Shown here: piece by piece, positions 1 through 10,208 of the stretch
How positions within the stretch are numbered: the first letter of the stretch is position 1
Layout: each line of letters starts with the position of its first letter
Assembly: GCA_963724295.1 (NCBI GenBank)
Contig: CAVRUC010000013.1
Location: forward strand, 384,001 to 448,000
Origin: an uncultured Chloroflexia bacterium
Lineage (GTDB): Bacteria > Chloroflexota > Chloroflexia > Thermomicrobiales > UBA6265
Reading direction: 5' to 3'
Length of the DNA stretch: 64,000 nt
Position numbers and translations under genes: made by a program
The notes under the pieces: generated by a model
Told to the model about the DNA's origin: nothing
Seen by the model: the letters and a program-made list of their open reading frames with translations, nothing else
Databases searched by the model: none

Positions 1-1575
1 CGCCTGGGCGCCGGCGGGCTCGCCGCCGCGCTGGGCGATCGACTGGCGGCCACCGCGGCCGCCCAGAGCGCTACCCCCGTAGCGAACGCGGCCGGGGACC
101 CGCTGCCCGCCGAGATCACCGCGATCATCGAGCGGCCGAGATACTCGCTCGCCCGCTGGGGGATCTATGTTGCCGATCGGGAGAGCGGCGAGGCCGTCTA
201 CGACCTCCGCGGCGGAGAGCGATTCCTGGCCGCCTCGACAACCAAGCTCTTCCCGGGGGCCGCGGCGCTCGCCGCGTACGGCCCGGACTACCGATTCGAA
301 ACGCCTGTCTACCGCACCGGCGCCGTCGGGGCAGACGGGACGCTGGCGGGCGACCTGATCCTGGTCGCCAGCGGCGACCTGACGATGGGCGGGCGCACGA
401 CCCCGGACGGCGCCATCGCCTACACCCCCTTCGACCACATCTACGCCAACGTCTTCCCAACGCTGGCGACCCTGACTCCGGAGGACCCGCTGGCCGGGCT
501 GGACGACCTGGCGAAGCAGGTGGCCGCGGCCGGCATCCGGCGCGTCGACGGCGACGTCGTCGTCGATGCCAGGCTCTTCCCAGCGATGGCGAAAGACGAC
601 TACATCCTGACGCCGATCTGGATCAACGACAACCTGATCGACATCACCATCACTCCGGGTACTGCCGGAAGCCCGGCGACCGTTGCCTGGCGCCCCCAGA
701 CCGCCGCTTATCAGGTGCAGGCCGACGTCCAAACGGTTCCCGTCGGCCAGGCGCTGAACCTGACCGTGACTTCGCCGTCACCAGGGGTGATCGCCGTCGC
801 GGGGCAGCTCCCGGCCGACCAGGCGCAGGCCCTCAAGACCTACCAGGTGGCGGACCCGCCAGCGTTCGCCCGCACCCTGCTGATCGAGGCGCTGGATCGG
901 GCCGGCGTCTCGGTGGCCGCGACCGCGACCGGTCCCAATCCGGATGGCACGCTCCCATCGCTAGGCAGCTACGCCGAGGCCGACCGGGTCGCCCTGCTCA
1001 CCTCACCGCCGTTCGCGCAGAACATCAAGCTGATCTTCAAGGTCAGCATGAACCAACACGCCGACATGTTGATCTTCCTCCTGGCCTTGAAGCACGGCGA
1101 GACCAGCTTCGCCGCGGGACTCCAGCAGATCCCCCCGTTCCTTCAGCAAATCGGTCTCGACCCGGACGAGGTGTCGCTCAGTGACGGCCGCGGCAACGAG
1201 TACACGGACCTGTTCAGCCCGCGGACCGTCTCGCACCTCCTGCAGGCCATGGCGGCACGACCCGACTTCCCGGCCTACTTCGACGCGTTGCCGATCCTGG
1301 GCGTCGACGGGTCCGAGATCGACACCGTGGCGCCGACCAGCCCGGTCCGTGGCAAGGCGTTCGCCAAGTCCGGCACGACGGTCGACGGCGACGTGATGAA
1401 CCAGCGCACGTTGACGATGGTCCGGGCACTGGCCGGCTATCTGACGGCCAGGAGCGGCCGGGAGCTGATCTTCACGATCTACGTCAGCGACGTGCCGTTG
1501 GCTGATACCCTCGATGTGTTGACCATCATCGAGGAGCAAGGCTCGATCGCCGAGGTTATCTTCGCCCACAACTGA
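1..1575 (+). CDS. dacB: D-alanyl-D-alanine carboxypeptidase/endopeptidase, PBP4/peptidase S13 family (5' truncated by window edge)
   Basis: Frame is open from base 1. Motifs STTK (SxxK), SMN (SxN), KSG, and DG-x-G; signal-like AAAQSATP near the start. Confidence 0.85.
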   Translation, partial: RLGAGGLAAALGDRLAATAAAQSATPVANAAGDPLPAEITAIIERPRYSLARWGIYVADRESGEAVYDLRGGERFLAASTTKLFPGAAALAAYGPDYRFETPVYRTGAVGADGTLAGDLILVASGDLTMGGRTTPDGAIAYTPFDHIYANVFPTLATLTPEDPLAGLDDLAKQVAAAGIRRVDGDVVVDARLFPAMAKDDYILTPIWINDNLIDITITPGTAGSPATVAWRPQTAAYQVQADVQTVPVGQALNLTVTSPSPGVIAVAGQLPADQAQALKTYQVADPPAFARTLLIEALDRAGVSVAATATGPNPDGTLPSLGSYAEADRVALLTSPPFAQNIKLIFKVSMNQHADMLIFLLALKHGETSFAAGLQQIPPFLQQIGLDPDEVSLSDGRGNEYTDLFSPRTVSHLLQAMAARPDFPAYFDALPILGVDGSEIDTVAPTSPVRGKAFAKSGTTVDGDVMNQRTLTMVRALAGYLTARSGRELIFTIYVSDVPLADTLDVLTIIEEQGSIAEVIFAHN

Positions 1576-1752
1576 GGCGAATGAGTGGCCGCCGCGCTGT
1601 TCTGACCGTTCCTGTCTCTGTTGCCCTCAGCCGAGCAGTCGTCCCTGACCGGTCAACGAACGTGCCAGACTTGGCACGCATGTACCGTGAGCCGTCGTCA
1701 TGGCGAGCCAGGGTCGCGCCGGGAAGCAGACCGAGTTGAGGTGCGCACACGC

Positions 1753-2418
1753 ATGACGGCGACAACGGTCGACGCGATCATCTTCGATATGGACGGGTTG
1801 CTCATCGACTCCGAGCCCCTGTGGCGAATCGCCGAGGTCGAGACCCTTTCGGCCGTCGGAGTCCCGATCACGGAGGAGGACGCGGTCGAGACGACCGGGT
1901 TGCGTACCGACGAGGTAGTCGAGCTCTGGTACACCCAGTACCCGTGGCCCGACCCGCCCAAAAAAGCGATCGAGGCGCGGATCATCACCCGCCTGATCGC
2001 GCTCGCCCGCGAGCGGGGAATGCTCATGCCAGGAGTGCAGGAGACACTGGACGCCGCCTCTGGTGCTGGTTATCCGCTGGCGATTGCCTCGTCATCGGCA
2101 AGCGAGATCATCGCCGCCGTGCTGGAGACCCTCGGCATTGCTTCGTATTTCCAGGTGGCGCAGTCTGCCGAGCACGAGCCGTACGGCAAACCGCATCCGG
2201 GCGTCTACATCGAGGCGGCACGACGCCTGGGTATCGCACCCTGGCGATGCCTGGCCTTTGAGGATTCTCCCAACGGGGTGATCGCCGCCAAGGCGGCCCG
2301 CATGCGCTGTATCGCCGTGCCCGACCCTGCGCTGGCAGACGACCGCCGCTTGCAGGCCGCCGACCTGATCCTGCCGTCGCTTTCAGCGTTTCACCTCGAT
2401 CTGCTCGAGCAAATCTAG
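1753..2418 (+). CDS. HAD-family phosphatase (HxpB/YniC-like)
   Basis: FDMDGLLIDSE, KPHPGVY and FEDSPNG motifs. Confidence 0.9.
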   Translation: MTATTVDAIIFDMDGLLIDSEPLWRIAEVETLSAVGVPITEEDAVETTGLRTDEVVELWYTQYPWPDPPKKAIEARIITRLIALARERGMLMPGVQETLDAASGAGYPLAIASSSASEIIAAVLETLGIASYFQVAQSAEHEPYGKPHPGVYIEAARRLGIAPWRCLAFEDSPNGVIAAKAARMRCIAVPDPALADDRRLQAADLILPSLSAFHLDLLEQI

Positions 2419-2460
2419 GGTAGCAATTGCCCATATATGGAAGAAAAAGTCGGCGGCACA

Positions 2461-2551
2461 CTGTGTCATCCCGAGGCACAAGGGATCTCATTTTGAGGCC
2501 GGTATGTCCGCACTGATACGAGATTCCTCGCTGAGGCTCGGAATGACACAG
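2461..2551. repeat. REP-like palindromic intergenic element
   Basis: CTGTGTCATCCCGAG ... CTCGGAATGACACAG inverted ends with an internal GGGATCTC/GAGATTCC pair. Confidence 0.7.
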
Positions 2552-2594
2552 GTATCGCCGGCCCATCTGGGCGGCAAGAGAAGGAGCAACGTTC

Positions 2595-2976
2595 GTGAGT
2601 GAGACGCGAGTCCCTGCCCGCAGCGTGCTCTTTCTCCAGGCCAAACCGGGCATGCGCGATGAGCTGGTGGAGGTCTTCCGCCGCATCGACATCCCCGGCA
2701 ATGCCCTGCTCCAGGAGGGGTGCCTGAGCGTCGAGGTTCAGGTGCCGCCGGATGAGGATGGGCCGCTGCTGGTCACCGCGCTCTGGACCCACCGCGCGGC
2801 CTACGACGGATGGCTGGCCAACCCCTGGCGGGAACACTCCGGGAGCGAGCTGGCGCCGTACCTCGCGGGAGAGTCATGGCGTCGTCTACGACATCGTCCT
2901 CGCCGGCGGCGACGTCTCCGCCGTCGCGGCGGGCGCTCCAGCAGTCACGGATTCTGACAAGAACCGAGAGTCGTAG
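2595..2976 (+). CDS. Antibiotic biosynthesis monooxygenase (ABM)-like protein, apparent frameshift near 2870
   Basis: RBS AAGGAG; ABM-like pattern LQAKPG...GCLSVEV...W...AYDGW; plausible C-terminus (HGVVYDIVL) continues in another frame. Confidence 0.65.
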
Positions 2977-3006
2977 GGGCGGTTCCAGGCCGACGCGATA
3001 TTGCGC

Positions 3007-4122
3007 TCAGCGGGTAGCACCTTCCGCTCCCAGCCACAGATCGATCGGTTGCTTCACTGAAATGTCACCGGTCAGCGGCAGCTCGATCGCCTTGCCGGTG
3101 CCGGCCGAGAGGTAGGCGGCGTAGATGACCTCGAGCACGGCGCGGCCATCCTCGGCGGTCACCAGCGGCTGCTCGTCGCGCTGGACGCAATTGACGAAGT
3201 GCTGCATCTCCTGCGGGAAGCCGTAGTTCCAGTTCTCTTCGTACATGGTGAAGGTCCAGCCGACCGTCGTCTCCGCTTTCTCGACCGCGTAGCCGTAACC
3301 GACGTCGCTGTAGGTGGTAAGCGATGATCCCCGCAGCAGATCGGCGCGGGTGTTCCCCTTCGACCCATAGATCTCGGCCCGGTCGTCAACCCCACCGCCC
3401 TTCACCCAGGAGTTCTCGCAGAGACCGATACCTCCCCCCTCGAAGGTGAGCACGCAGACCGCGTGGTCTTCGCCGCGCGTCTTGTCGCCGTGGACATAGG
3501 TGCCCATCGCGGCATAGACCTTGGTGATGGGGCGATTCCCCATGACCCAGCGGCAGAAGGCGATCGAGTGACACCCCATATCGAGCAGGACCCCGCCGCC
3601 GGAGCGCCGCACGTCCCAGAACCAGGGCGAGTGGGGGCCGGCATGCTCCTCGCTCTGCTTGACGATGACGACGTCGCCCAGCGCCCCCTCGTCGACGAGC
3701 TGCTTGGCGCGCACGTACTTTGGTGCGAAGAGCAATTCCTCGGCGTACATCATCTTCACCCCAGCCTCGCGACCGGCGGCGATCACGGCGTCGGCTTCCT
3801 CGAGGGTCAGGCAGAGCGGCTTCTCGCAGACGACGTGCTTGCCGGCGCGGGCGGCGTCGATGCAGACCTGCGCGTGCAAGTCGTTCGGCACCCCGATGGT
3901 CACCATCTCGAGATCGTCGCGCTGCAGCATCTCTCGATAGTCGGTGAAGTGATGAGGGATTCCGAACTGATCGGCCAGGGCGCGGCCGCGCTCGGGACTT
4001 GGCGAGGCGATGGCAACGACCTCGGCGTTTGGCACGTGCGTAAAGGCCTCGGCGTGCAGGTGCCCAATGAACCCGGCGCCGATGATACCGACGTTTACGC
4101 GATCTCCATTCGCCATCGTCAC
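3007..4122 (-). CDS. Gfo/Idh/MocA family oxidoreductase
   Basis: GIIGAGFIG, CEKP and GGGVLLDMGCH motifs. Confidence 0.92.
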   Translation of the reverse strand: MTMANGDRVNVGIIGAGFIGHLHAEAFTHVPNAEVVAIASPSPERGRALADQFGIPHHFTDYREMLQRDDLEMVTIGVPNDLHAQVCIDAARAGKHVVCEKPLCLTLEEADAVIAAGREAGVKMMYAEELLFAPKYVRAKQLVDEGALGDVVIVKQSEEHAGPHSPWFWDVRRSGGGVLLDMGCHSIAFCRWVMGNRPITKVYAAMGTYVHGDKTRGEDHAVCVLTFEGGGIGLCENSWVKGGGVDDRAEIYGSKGNTRADLLRGSSLTTYSDVGYGYAVEKAETTVGWTFTMYEENWNYGFPQEMQHFVNCVQRDEQPLVTAEDGRAVLEVIYAAYLSAGTGKAIELPLTGDISVKQPIDLWLGAEGATR

Positions 4123-4177
4123 GATCCTCCTTCTTCCCCACTTGCGATACAGGCGATCACGCTATCGTCTCATCGTT

Positions 4178-4570
4178 TCAGCCAGGTTGGTAAATCTGCA
4201 GGTCTGGGATCCGTTCAAAGTCGCGGCGATTGAAGGTGAGCACCGTGAGTTCGTGGTGCAGGGCCGTGGCACCGATGAGGAGGTCGAAGTCAGGAATGAG
4301 CTGCCCTCTCCGACGCAGGACGGAGCGGACTTCGGCGAAGCGCTCCACGATCGGGTCGGTGAGCGTAAGCGCGCGGTAGGCGCTCAAGAACTGGCGGAAA
4401 GTGAGCAAGTGCGCTTCGGGATTGACCGACTCAAATGCCCGCTCGTAGATTTCACCCACAGTGATGTAGCTGACGTAGATGCGACTGCTTGCCAACCGCT
4501 CCAGCGTGCTCAGCGCTGGTTGCCGGCTCGCGAGCGCTTGGATGATCCAGTCTGAGTCCAGGAGATACAT
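4178..4570 (-). CDS. vapC: VapC-type PIN-domain toxin
   Basis: YLLDSD, ITVGE, DFDLLIGATA, TFNRRDF. Confidence 0.9.
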   Translation of the reverse strand: MYLLDSDWIIQALASRQPALSTLERLASSRIYVSYITVGEIYERAFESVNPEAHLLTFRQFLSAYRALTLTDPIVERFAEVRSVLRRRGQLIPDFDLLIGATALHHELTVLTFNRRDFERIPDLQIYQPG

Positions 4571-4845
4571 CAGGGCCGATTGGGTGGCCGAGATCCCGCC
4601 CGTCTCGCCTCATAGATATCAGCGATGACGTCATCGACGTCTAGATCCACCCAACTGCCGGCTGTTGCGGCCAGCGTTCGGCGGACAAGCGCGGGATCCG
4701 GCTCGTAGGCGATGTCGTCCTCCCGCGCTAGGCGAAATAGCTCCCCGTCGCGCTCCAAGAGCAGCGGCCCCTTGGCCGCGCCATCGAGGAGCGTGGGAAG
4801 GTCGGTCTCGGTTGTCACTCGAATCGTCTTGGGTCGGTTTGTCAT
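4570..4845 (-). CDS. Putative cognate antitoxin
   Basis: 91-aa ORF whose stop overlaps the vapC start (TGATG); Phd-like segment LLDGAAKGPLLLERDG. Confidence 0.75.
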   Translation of the reverse strand: MTNRPKTIRVTTETDLPTLLDGAAKGPLLLERDGELFRLAREDDIAYEPDPALVRRTLAATAGSWVDLDVDDVIADIYEARRAGSRPPNRP

Positions 4846-4992
4846 CCGTCGCGCACTCCTACCGGCATTGGTGCATGCTCGAAATGATTGTCGCAGATAG
4901 TGGGCGCACGGCAGTGGATGTCTGGCTGGACCGCAACACGGGCGAGGGAAGGCTGAGCGCATTGGCTGATAGTGTGTGATGGTGTGACAGCC

Positions 4993-5745
4993 ATGGCGGA
5001 CAGCATGGAAAGCAGGGAGATGAACTCCGCGGACACGTCCCTACTGATTGACCGGTTCCACACGCTGTACTACAGCAGCCGCGAGCAGACCTGGGGGAAC
5101 ACATTCTGGCTCGGTCATCATGTGCTCAAGTGCCCGCTCGATCTCTGGATGTACCAGGAAATTCTGCATGAGGTGCAGCCGGAGCTGATCATCGAGACAG
5201 GGACCTACCTCGGCGGTAGCGCCTTATTCCTGGCTTCCATCAGTGACCTGCTGGGTAAGGGAGAGGTCGTGACGATCGACTCGGCGCGGCCAGAGGGGCG
5301 GCCCCGGCATCGGCGGATCACCTATCTCACCGGTTCGTCGACCTCGGACACGATTTTGCGTCAGGTCCGCCGGCACGCCAGAGGCAAGTCGACCGTCCTC
5401 GTCTTCCTCGACTCCGGGCACGGTAAGGACCACGTCCTGGCGGAACTGCGCGCCTACGCCCCGCTGGTTACGCCGGGTAGCTATCTTATCGTCGAGGACA
5501 CCAATCTCAACGGTCACCCCGTGGAAACCCACCATGGTCCGGGACCCGCGGAGGCTGTTGCGGAATTCCTGGAGGGTAACGAGACGTTCGTCAGGGACGA
5601 GAGCCGGGAGAAGTTTTTTCTGACCTTCAATCCCGGCGGCTTTCTCAGGAAGCGGGAGACAGCGACCAACAGCGCCCCTAGCTCCAGTTCCCGCCGCGGT
5701 CGCCTGTGGCGGCGCCTTCGGATCGACAAGCGTCTTCGCGGCTGA
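4993..5745 (+). CDS. CmcI/cephalosporin-hydroxylase family methyltransferase
   Basis: WLG...KCPLDLWMYQEI, IETGT..GGS, LDSGH, YLIVEDT. Start codon uncertain. Confidence 0.85.
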   Translation: MADSMESREMNSADTSLLIDRFHTLYYSSREQTWGNTFWLGHHVLKCPLDLWMYQEILHEVQPELIIETGTYLGGSALFLASISDLLGKGEVVTIDSARPEGRPRHRRITYLTGSSTSDTILRQVRRHARGKSTVLVFLDSGHGKDHVLAELRAYAPLVTPGSYLIVEDTNLNGHPVETHHGPGPAEAVAEFLEGNETFVRDESREKFFLTFNPGGFLRKRETATNSAPSSSSRRGRLWRRLRIDKRLRG

Positions 5746-5804
5746 GCATGGAGCGGGAGACGTCGGGGACACCGCACCCGCGTTGGTTCCATCGGCGAAG
5801 GGGT

Positions 5805-6443
5805 TCAGTGATTCGAGCTCGCGGCAATGCGCCGCCACCCGCCCTCGTACGTCGTCACCAGCCCCAGGTCATCGACTTCGATCTCTGCGACGAACGCGCC
5901 TCCCGCGGACTCGTATCGGTAGCGCCGATCTGCCAGCCGAAGGTATCGCTGTGGCAGTGGTTCGACCGTCAACTCGGGAAAGCGAACCCAGGCTGCCGTC
6001 ACCGCAACCGCTTCGCCAATTGCGGGCTCGAGGCGGCGGATCGGCAGGGTATTCGTGATGGGAGAGAACCCGAGATCGACGTCGACGAGGCCGTGCAACG
6101 CCGCCGAATCGTCCACTAGCACAGCCGGGTCGGGAATCGGCTGGCGCTCGATCTGCCAGTGTTGATTGGGAGAAACGGTAAGTTTCAGCCTCCGTAGTTC
6201 GGACGCGACGCCGGCGTGCATCGCGATCTCGACCGCTCGGGTTGACCAGTCGTTGGAGAGTGCAACCACATAGTGCACCTGGGCCGGAGCCGTGGCGACC
6301 TCCGCCAGGACGATTCCCCGCAGTCGCCAACCACCTGGATCTCGTTCCAATGCGCACCATTCGCTACCGGGCGAATCGATGCGCTGCCAGAGGACAGTGC
6401 GCACTGGGCTATTCAGCTCGGTCGCGGGTCCCGGGACGATCAT
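5805..6443 (-). CDS. Putative glycolipid-binding domain protein (DUF1089-like)
   Basis: DVDLGFSPITNTLPIRRL, QRY, YRYES, VDDLGLV..Y. Confidence 0.8.
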   Translation of the reverse strand: MIVPGPATELNSPVRTVLWQRIDSPGSEWCALERDPGGWRLRGIVLAEVATAPAQVHYVVALSNDWSTRAVEIAMHAGVASELRRLKLTVSPNQHWQIERQPIPDPAVLVDDSAALHGLVDVDLGFSPITNTLPIRRLEPAIGEAVAVTAAWVRFPELTVEPLPQRYLRLADRRYRYESAGGAFVAEIEVDDLGLVTTYEGGWRRIAASSNH

Positions 6444-6462
6444 CCTCGTTGCGCCGATCCTC

Positions 6463-6819
6463 TCAGACCGTGACCTTGACCTGCCCATCCTCGACGACTA
6501 CCGGGTAGGTGCGCACCCGCAACCGGGCAGAGGAGAGGCTCTTGCCGGTGGCAATATCGAACTCGATGCCGTGCCATGGGCAGGTGACGATCTCACCCTC
6601 GCGCACCCAGGCGAACTTCCAGTCAGTCGCGGCGGAGCAGGCCATCGTGCCGTTGACCGTCCCCGCGCAGAGCGGACCAAATTGATGGGGACAGACGTTG
6701 GGGAGAGCGTAGAAGTCTCCGTTAACATTGAAGACGCCGACCTCGATCCGTCCCAGCGTGACCACGCGATGCGTCCCGGGCGGAAATTCCTCCACCGGCC
6801 CCACCACATACTCAGTCAT
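6463..6819 (-). CDS. Rieske [2Fe-2S] ferredoxin
   Basis: CPH...CPWH ligand motifs. Confidence 0.92.
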   Translation of the reverse strand: MTEYVVGPVEEFPPGTHRVVTLGRIEVGVFNVNGDFYALPNVCPHQFGPLCAGTVNGTMACSAATDWKFAWVREGEIVTCPWHGIEFDIATGKSLSSARLRVRTYPVVVEDGQVKVTV

Positions 6820-6871
6820 CTACGACCTATCACCCCATCCACCCCATCACCCATCACCCATCACCCGCGTC

Positions 6872-7999
6872 CTACAGCTTGCCCGCGGGCGCCGCGATGC
6901 CGAACAGCCGCAAGGCGTTCTCGCCCATGATCTTGCGCTTGGCGTCGCCCGGCATGGGCAGCTTCATGATGGTGCGCGGGTGGTCGAAGTCGTGGTGCGG
7001 CCAGTCGGACGCGAACAGAATCCGCTCCGGCCCGCCGACGAGATCGATGGTGGCCACCAGATCCTTCGGGTTGTCCGGCTCCTCGATCGGCTGCGTCGCG
7101 AACCACATCCGCTCCCGGATGTACTCGCTCGGTCGTCGCTCCAGAAACGGCACCATGCGCCGGTATTCGTTGAAGTACTTGTCCATCCGCCACATCATGT
7201 AGGGCACCCAGGCGATCCCCGCCTCGGTGAAAACGACGCGCAGATTGGGGAAGCGGGCCGGTACCCCGGAGTGGATCAGACTGGTCAGGTTCGCCATCAT
7301 CGCGAACGAGTGGGAGAGCACCTGCCGGCCGAAGTGGTTCTCGAACTGGTCGAGCTGACAGGGAAACGCCGGCGATACCAGGGTCACGCTGTGGAGGCAG
7401 ACCGGCAGCCCGGTGGCGTCCGCGGCCGCCATGATCGGGTCGTAGATGCGGTGTCCCCAGAGCGGGTTGACCCCCGCGGTCGGCAGATAGATGCCGACGA
7501 TGCGCTCCTCTTTAGCGTAGCGCTCGATCTCTCTCGCCGCCGCCTCCGGGTCCTGCGGCGTGGCCAGCATCACGCCGTAGAGTCCCCGCTCCTTGAGCAG
7601 CCATTCTTCCATCAGCCAGCGGTTGTAGGCCTGAGCCAGCGCCGTGGCGTACTCGATGTTCGGCAGCGCGGCAAAGGTAAGCATGTGGTCGGGGAAGAGG
7701 ATGCCGATGTCGATCTCGAGCTCACTCAGCTCGGCGCGCATCGCCGCCGCGGTGTCGACCGAGCGGTAGGCGTGGCTCCCCTGGATCGGTGGATCGAGCC
7801 GCATATTCGGGGCAAAACCCGGCACCTGGAGATAGGGATACGACGCCCCATGCAGCGCTTCCAGCGACAGCCTCCATGGCAGATCGCAGTAGGGCGCCAG
7901 TGCCCCTGGGGTGTCGTTGACATGCACGTCGGCATCGACGACCACCATATCGGCCAGCGTCAGGCGTTCACTTCGTTCGATGGTCGAAGGTGTCGACAT
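6872..7999 (-). CDS. Amidohydrolase_2 superfamily TIM-barrel protein (possible dinuclear oxygenase)
   Basis: DADVH, AYNRW, LH, TEAG, ASDWPHHD, MGENA. Confidence 0.85.
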   Translation of the reverse strand: MSTPSTIERSERLTLADMVVVDADVHVNDTPGALAPYCDLPWRLSLEALHGASYPYLQVPGFAPNMRLDPPIQGSHAYRSVDTAAAMRAELSELEIDIGILFPDHMLTFAALPNIEYATALAQAYNRWLMEEWLLKERGLYGVMLATPQDPEAAAREIERYAKEERIVGIYLPTAGVNPLWGHRIYDPIMAAADATGLPVCLHSVTLVSPAFPCQLDQFENHFGRQVLSHSFAMMANLTSLIHSGVPARFPNLRVVFTEAGIAWVPYMMWRMDKYFNEYRRMVPFLERRPSEYIRERMWFATQPIEEPDNPKDLVATIDLVGGPERILFASDWPHHDFDHPRTIMKLPMPGDAKRKIMGENALRLFGIAAPAGKL

Positions 8000-8059
8000 A
8001 ATCGTTCTCCTTACGAAGGGAGCGCTGCGCTGAGGGGGAGAGGGGGTCGCTTCGCTCCC

Positions 8060-8824
8060 TCAGTGCATCATCCACCCGCCGTCAATCTGAATCAGCTGGC
8101 CAGTGATGAACGACGCCCCGTCGCCGGCCAGGAACGTCACCAGATGGCCGACGTCCTCAGGGGCTCCCCGCCGCTTGATGCTCTGGGCGGCGAGGATCTC
8201 TCGATTGTAGTTCTCGAGGTCGGGATGAATCTTTTCGGCATCGGTTGGAAAGGCCCCCGGCGAAAGGGTATTGACGGTGATGCCGTCCGGTCCCACCTCC
8301 CGAGCCAGCGCTCGCGTGAAGCCGACGATGCCTCCCTTGGAGGCGACATAATCGAGCAGGAACGGAACCCCGCCGAAAAAGGTGATCGAGGCGACGTTGA
8401 TGACCCGGCCGCGACCGGACGCCTTGAGCGCGGGATAGGCGGCGCGGGCACAGAGGTAGTAGCCCTTCAGGTTGGTGTCGAGCACCTGGTCCCAGTCCGC
8501 TTCGGTGATCTCGGTCCAGGGTTTGCGATGGTAGACGGCGGCGTTGTTGACCAGGATGTCGATGCCGCCCAGCTCGGAGACGACTCGCTCCGTCATGGCG
8601 TCGACCGATTGCCGGTCGGCGATATCCACCTCGATCGCGAGGGCGCGACCGCCTCCCGCGACGATCTCCGTCACCACCTGGTCGAGCTTTTCCTTCGTCC
8701 TGCCAGCGACGGCCACAGCGGCGCCGGCCGCGGCCAGGGCCGGACAGATCCCCGAGCCGAGGCCGCCACCGCCACCGGTGACGATGGCGACCCGCCCATC
8801 TAATCGAAATGGAGACATGATCAT
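8060..8824 (-). CDS. Short-chain dehydrogenase/reductase (SDR)
   Basis: TGGGGGLG, NNAA, YVASK, ITGQ..DGG. Confidence 0.93.
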   Translation of the reverse strand: MIMSPFRLDGRVAIVTGGGGGLGSGICPALAAAGAAVAVAGRTKEKLDQVVTEIVAGGGRALAIEVDIADRQSVDAMTERVVSELGGIDILVNNAAVYHRKPWTEITEADWDQVLDTNLKGYYLCARAAYPALKASGRGRVINVASITFFGGVPFLLDYVASKGGIVGFTRALAREVGPDGITVNTLSPGAFPTDAEKIHPDLENYNREILAAQSIKRRGAPEDVGHLVTFLAGDGASFITGQLIQIDGGWMMH

Positions 8825-8833
8825 GCCGGCGGC

Positions 8834-9814
8834 TCAGCCATCTCCTCGCACTCTCAATCGCCAGACCGGCGGCTGCCGGCCAGTAATCTCCTCGATGCGG
8901 CCGCGCGCCACCAGCTCCTGGAGATGGGCACGGATCGGGCCGCCCAACTCGTTGGCCATTGAGGTGAAGGGCCCGAGGACCGGGTTCAACGCAATCAGCA
9001 ATCCGGCGATCGTCACCTCGCGAGACCCTTCGCACGCCGCCTCGATTGCCGACCGCGCTCGCACGACAAAGGCCAGCGATTCCTCCAGGAAGCGGTCGAC
9101 CTGTGCTCCCTCCATGACGGCGTAGTGCGCGGTCAGCAGCCGCTCCGGCGCCAGCCGTTGCAGCCGGCGCACGGTAGCCTCGTACTCCTCGAGGAGCATG
9201 TAGGGCGGAGGATGGATCACTTCACCCTCGTTGTTGAGCAACCCGGCCCCGAGCGCGGCATCGGTGATGATCGCGCTCCTGGAGGCGGGATCCCAGAGTC
9301 CAATGTGCCCCGGCGAGTGGCCCGGCAGATGGAGGACCTCGACCGAGAGATGCGGGCCGAGGCGAAATACCTCGCCGCCAGCGAGGTGGAGGTCGACCGG
9401 CACATCCGGACCCAGCGCGTTTCGCAGCCAATCTTTCGTGTCGGCGTCGTAGTCCGCGTCCGGGCCGTGGGCCGCGTACCAACCGTAGCGCTCGCGCAGG
9501 ATCCGCTCCCGGTCGCTGATCCAGTTGCTATCCGCGACGTGGGCACAGACGATCGCCCGCGGCGCCGCGGCGCGTATCGCGGCGTTGCCGCCAAAGTGGT
9601 CGACGTCGGCGTGGGAGATCAGCACGTAGTCGAGGTCGGCCGGACCGAGCCCCAGCTCCCGGAAGGCGGGCAGGATCACCTCCTCCGGCGTCGACACGAT
9701 CCCGGTGTCGACCAGGAGCGATCGCTCCTCGCGCAGCAGATACTGCGCGAACGGGCGCGGCCCCAGGATGCTCTCGATGCGATAGATACCAGGGGCGACC
9801 TCTTGCGTCGTCAT
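8834..9814 (-). CDS. Metallo-beta-lactamase fold hydrolase
   Basis: SHADVDHFGG, PGHSPGH, AH motifs. Confidence 0.88.
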   Translation of the reverse strand: MTTQEVAPGIYRIESILGPRPFAQYLLREERSLLVDTGIVSTPEEVILPAFRELGLGPADLDYVLISHADVDHFGGNAAIRAAAPRAIVCAHVADSNWISDRERILRERYGWYAAHGPDADYDADTKDWLRNALGPDVPVDLHLAGGEVFRLGPHLSVEVLHLPGHSPGHIGLWDPASRSAIITDAALGAGLLNNEGEVIHPPPYMLLEEYEATVRRLQRLAPERLLTAHYAVMEGAQVDRFLEESLAFVVRARSAIEAACEGSREVTIAGLLIALNPVLGPFTSMANELGGPIRAHLQELVARGRIEEITGRQPPVWRLRVRGDG

Positions 9815-10208
9815 CGGCGGCCCCAATTCATCCCATCCGGCCCTGCATTCGTCCGGTGCACGGCGACTATCACGTCGATGATCGTGCCACACGTGCGGCT
9901 GGCCGTCGAGACGCCCTGCCATTGGTCCGATTTCGCCACAGGAACGCCATCCCATCCTGGGCCAGATAGTCATGCGCCTCGGCGAGCGGGCGCAGCCTCT
10001 TCATCAGTCGGTCAATCTGACAACAGACCGTGTACCGTTCGCCGTGCAATCGAAGCTCGGGCAGCAGACGACACCGGCAGGCGCTTCCCGCGCTCGCCAC
10101 TGCTCGTTGTGGCGCGGGTATCGGCCATCTCTCGGCATGACCGGGGGCAAGACCGCGGGTGAATCGAGGGCAGACAGGCAGATGACGGCAGGACGTAATG
10201 AGTCCAGC

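Noticed and set aside
6728..8803. 691-aa + strand ORF, and other long antisense ORFs such as 15814-17379 and 37405-38547
   Set aside because: They are shadows of well-supported opposite-strand genes, as expected in high-GC DNA, and carry no recognisable motifs.
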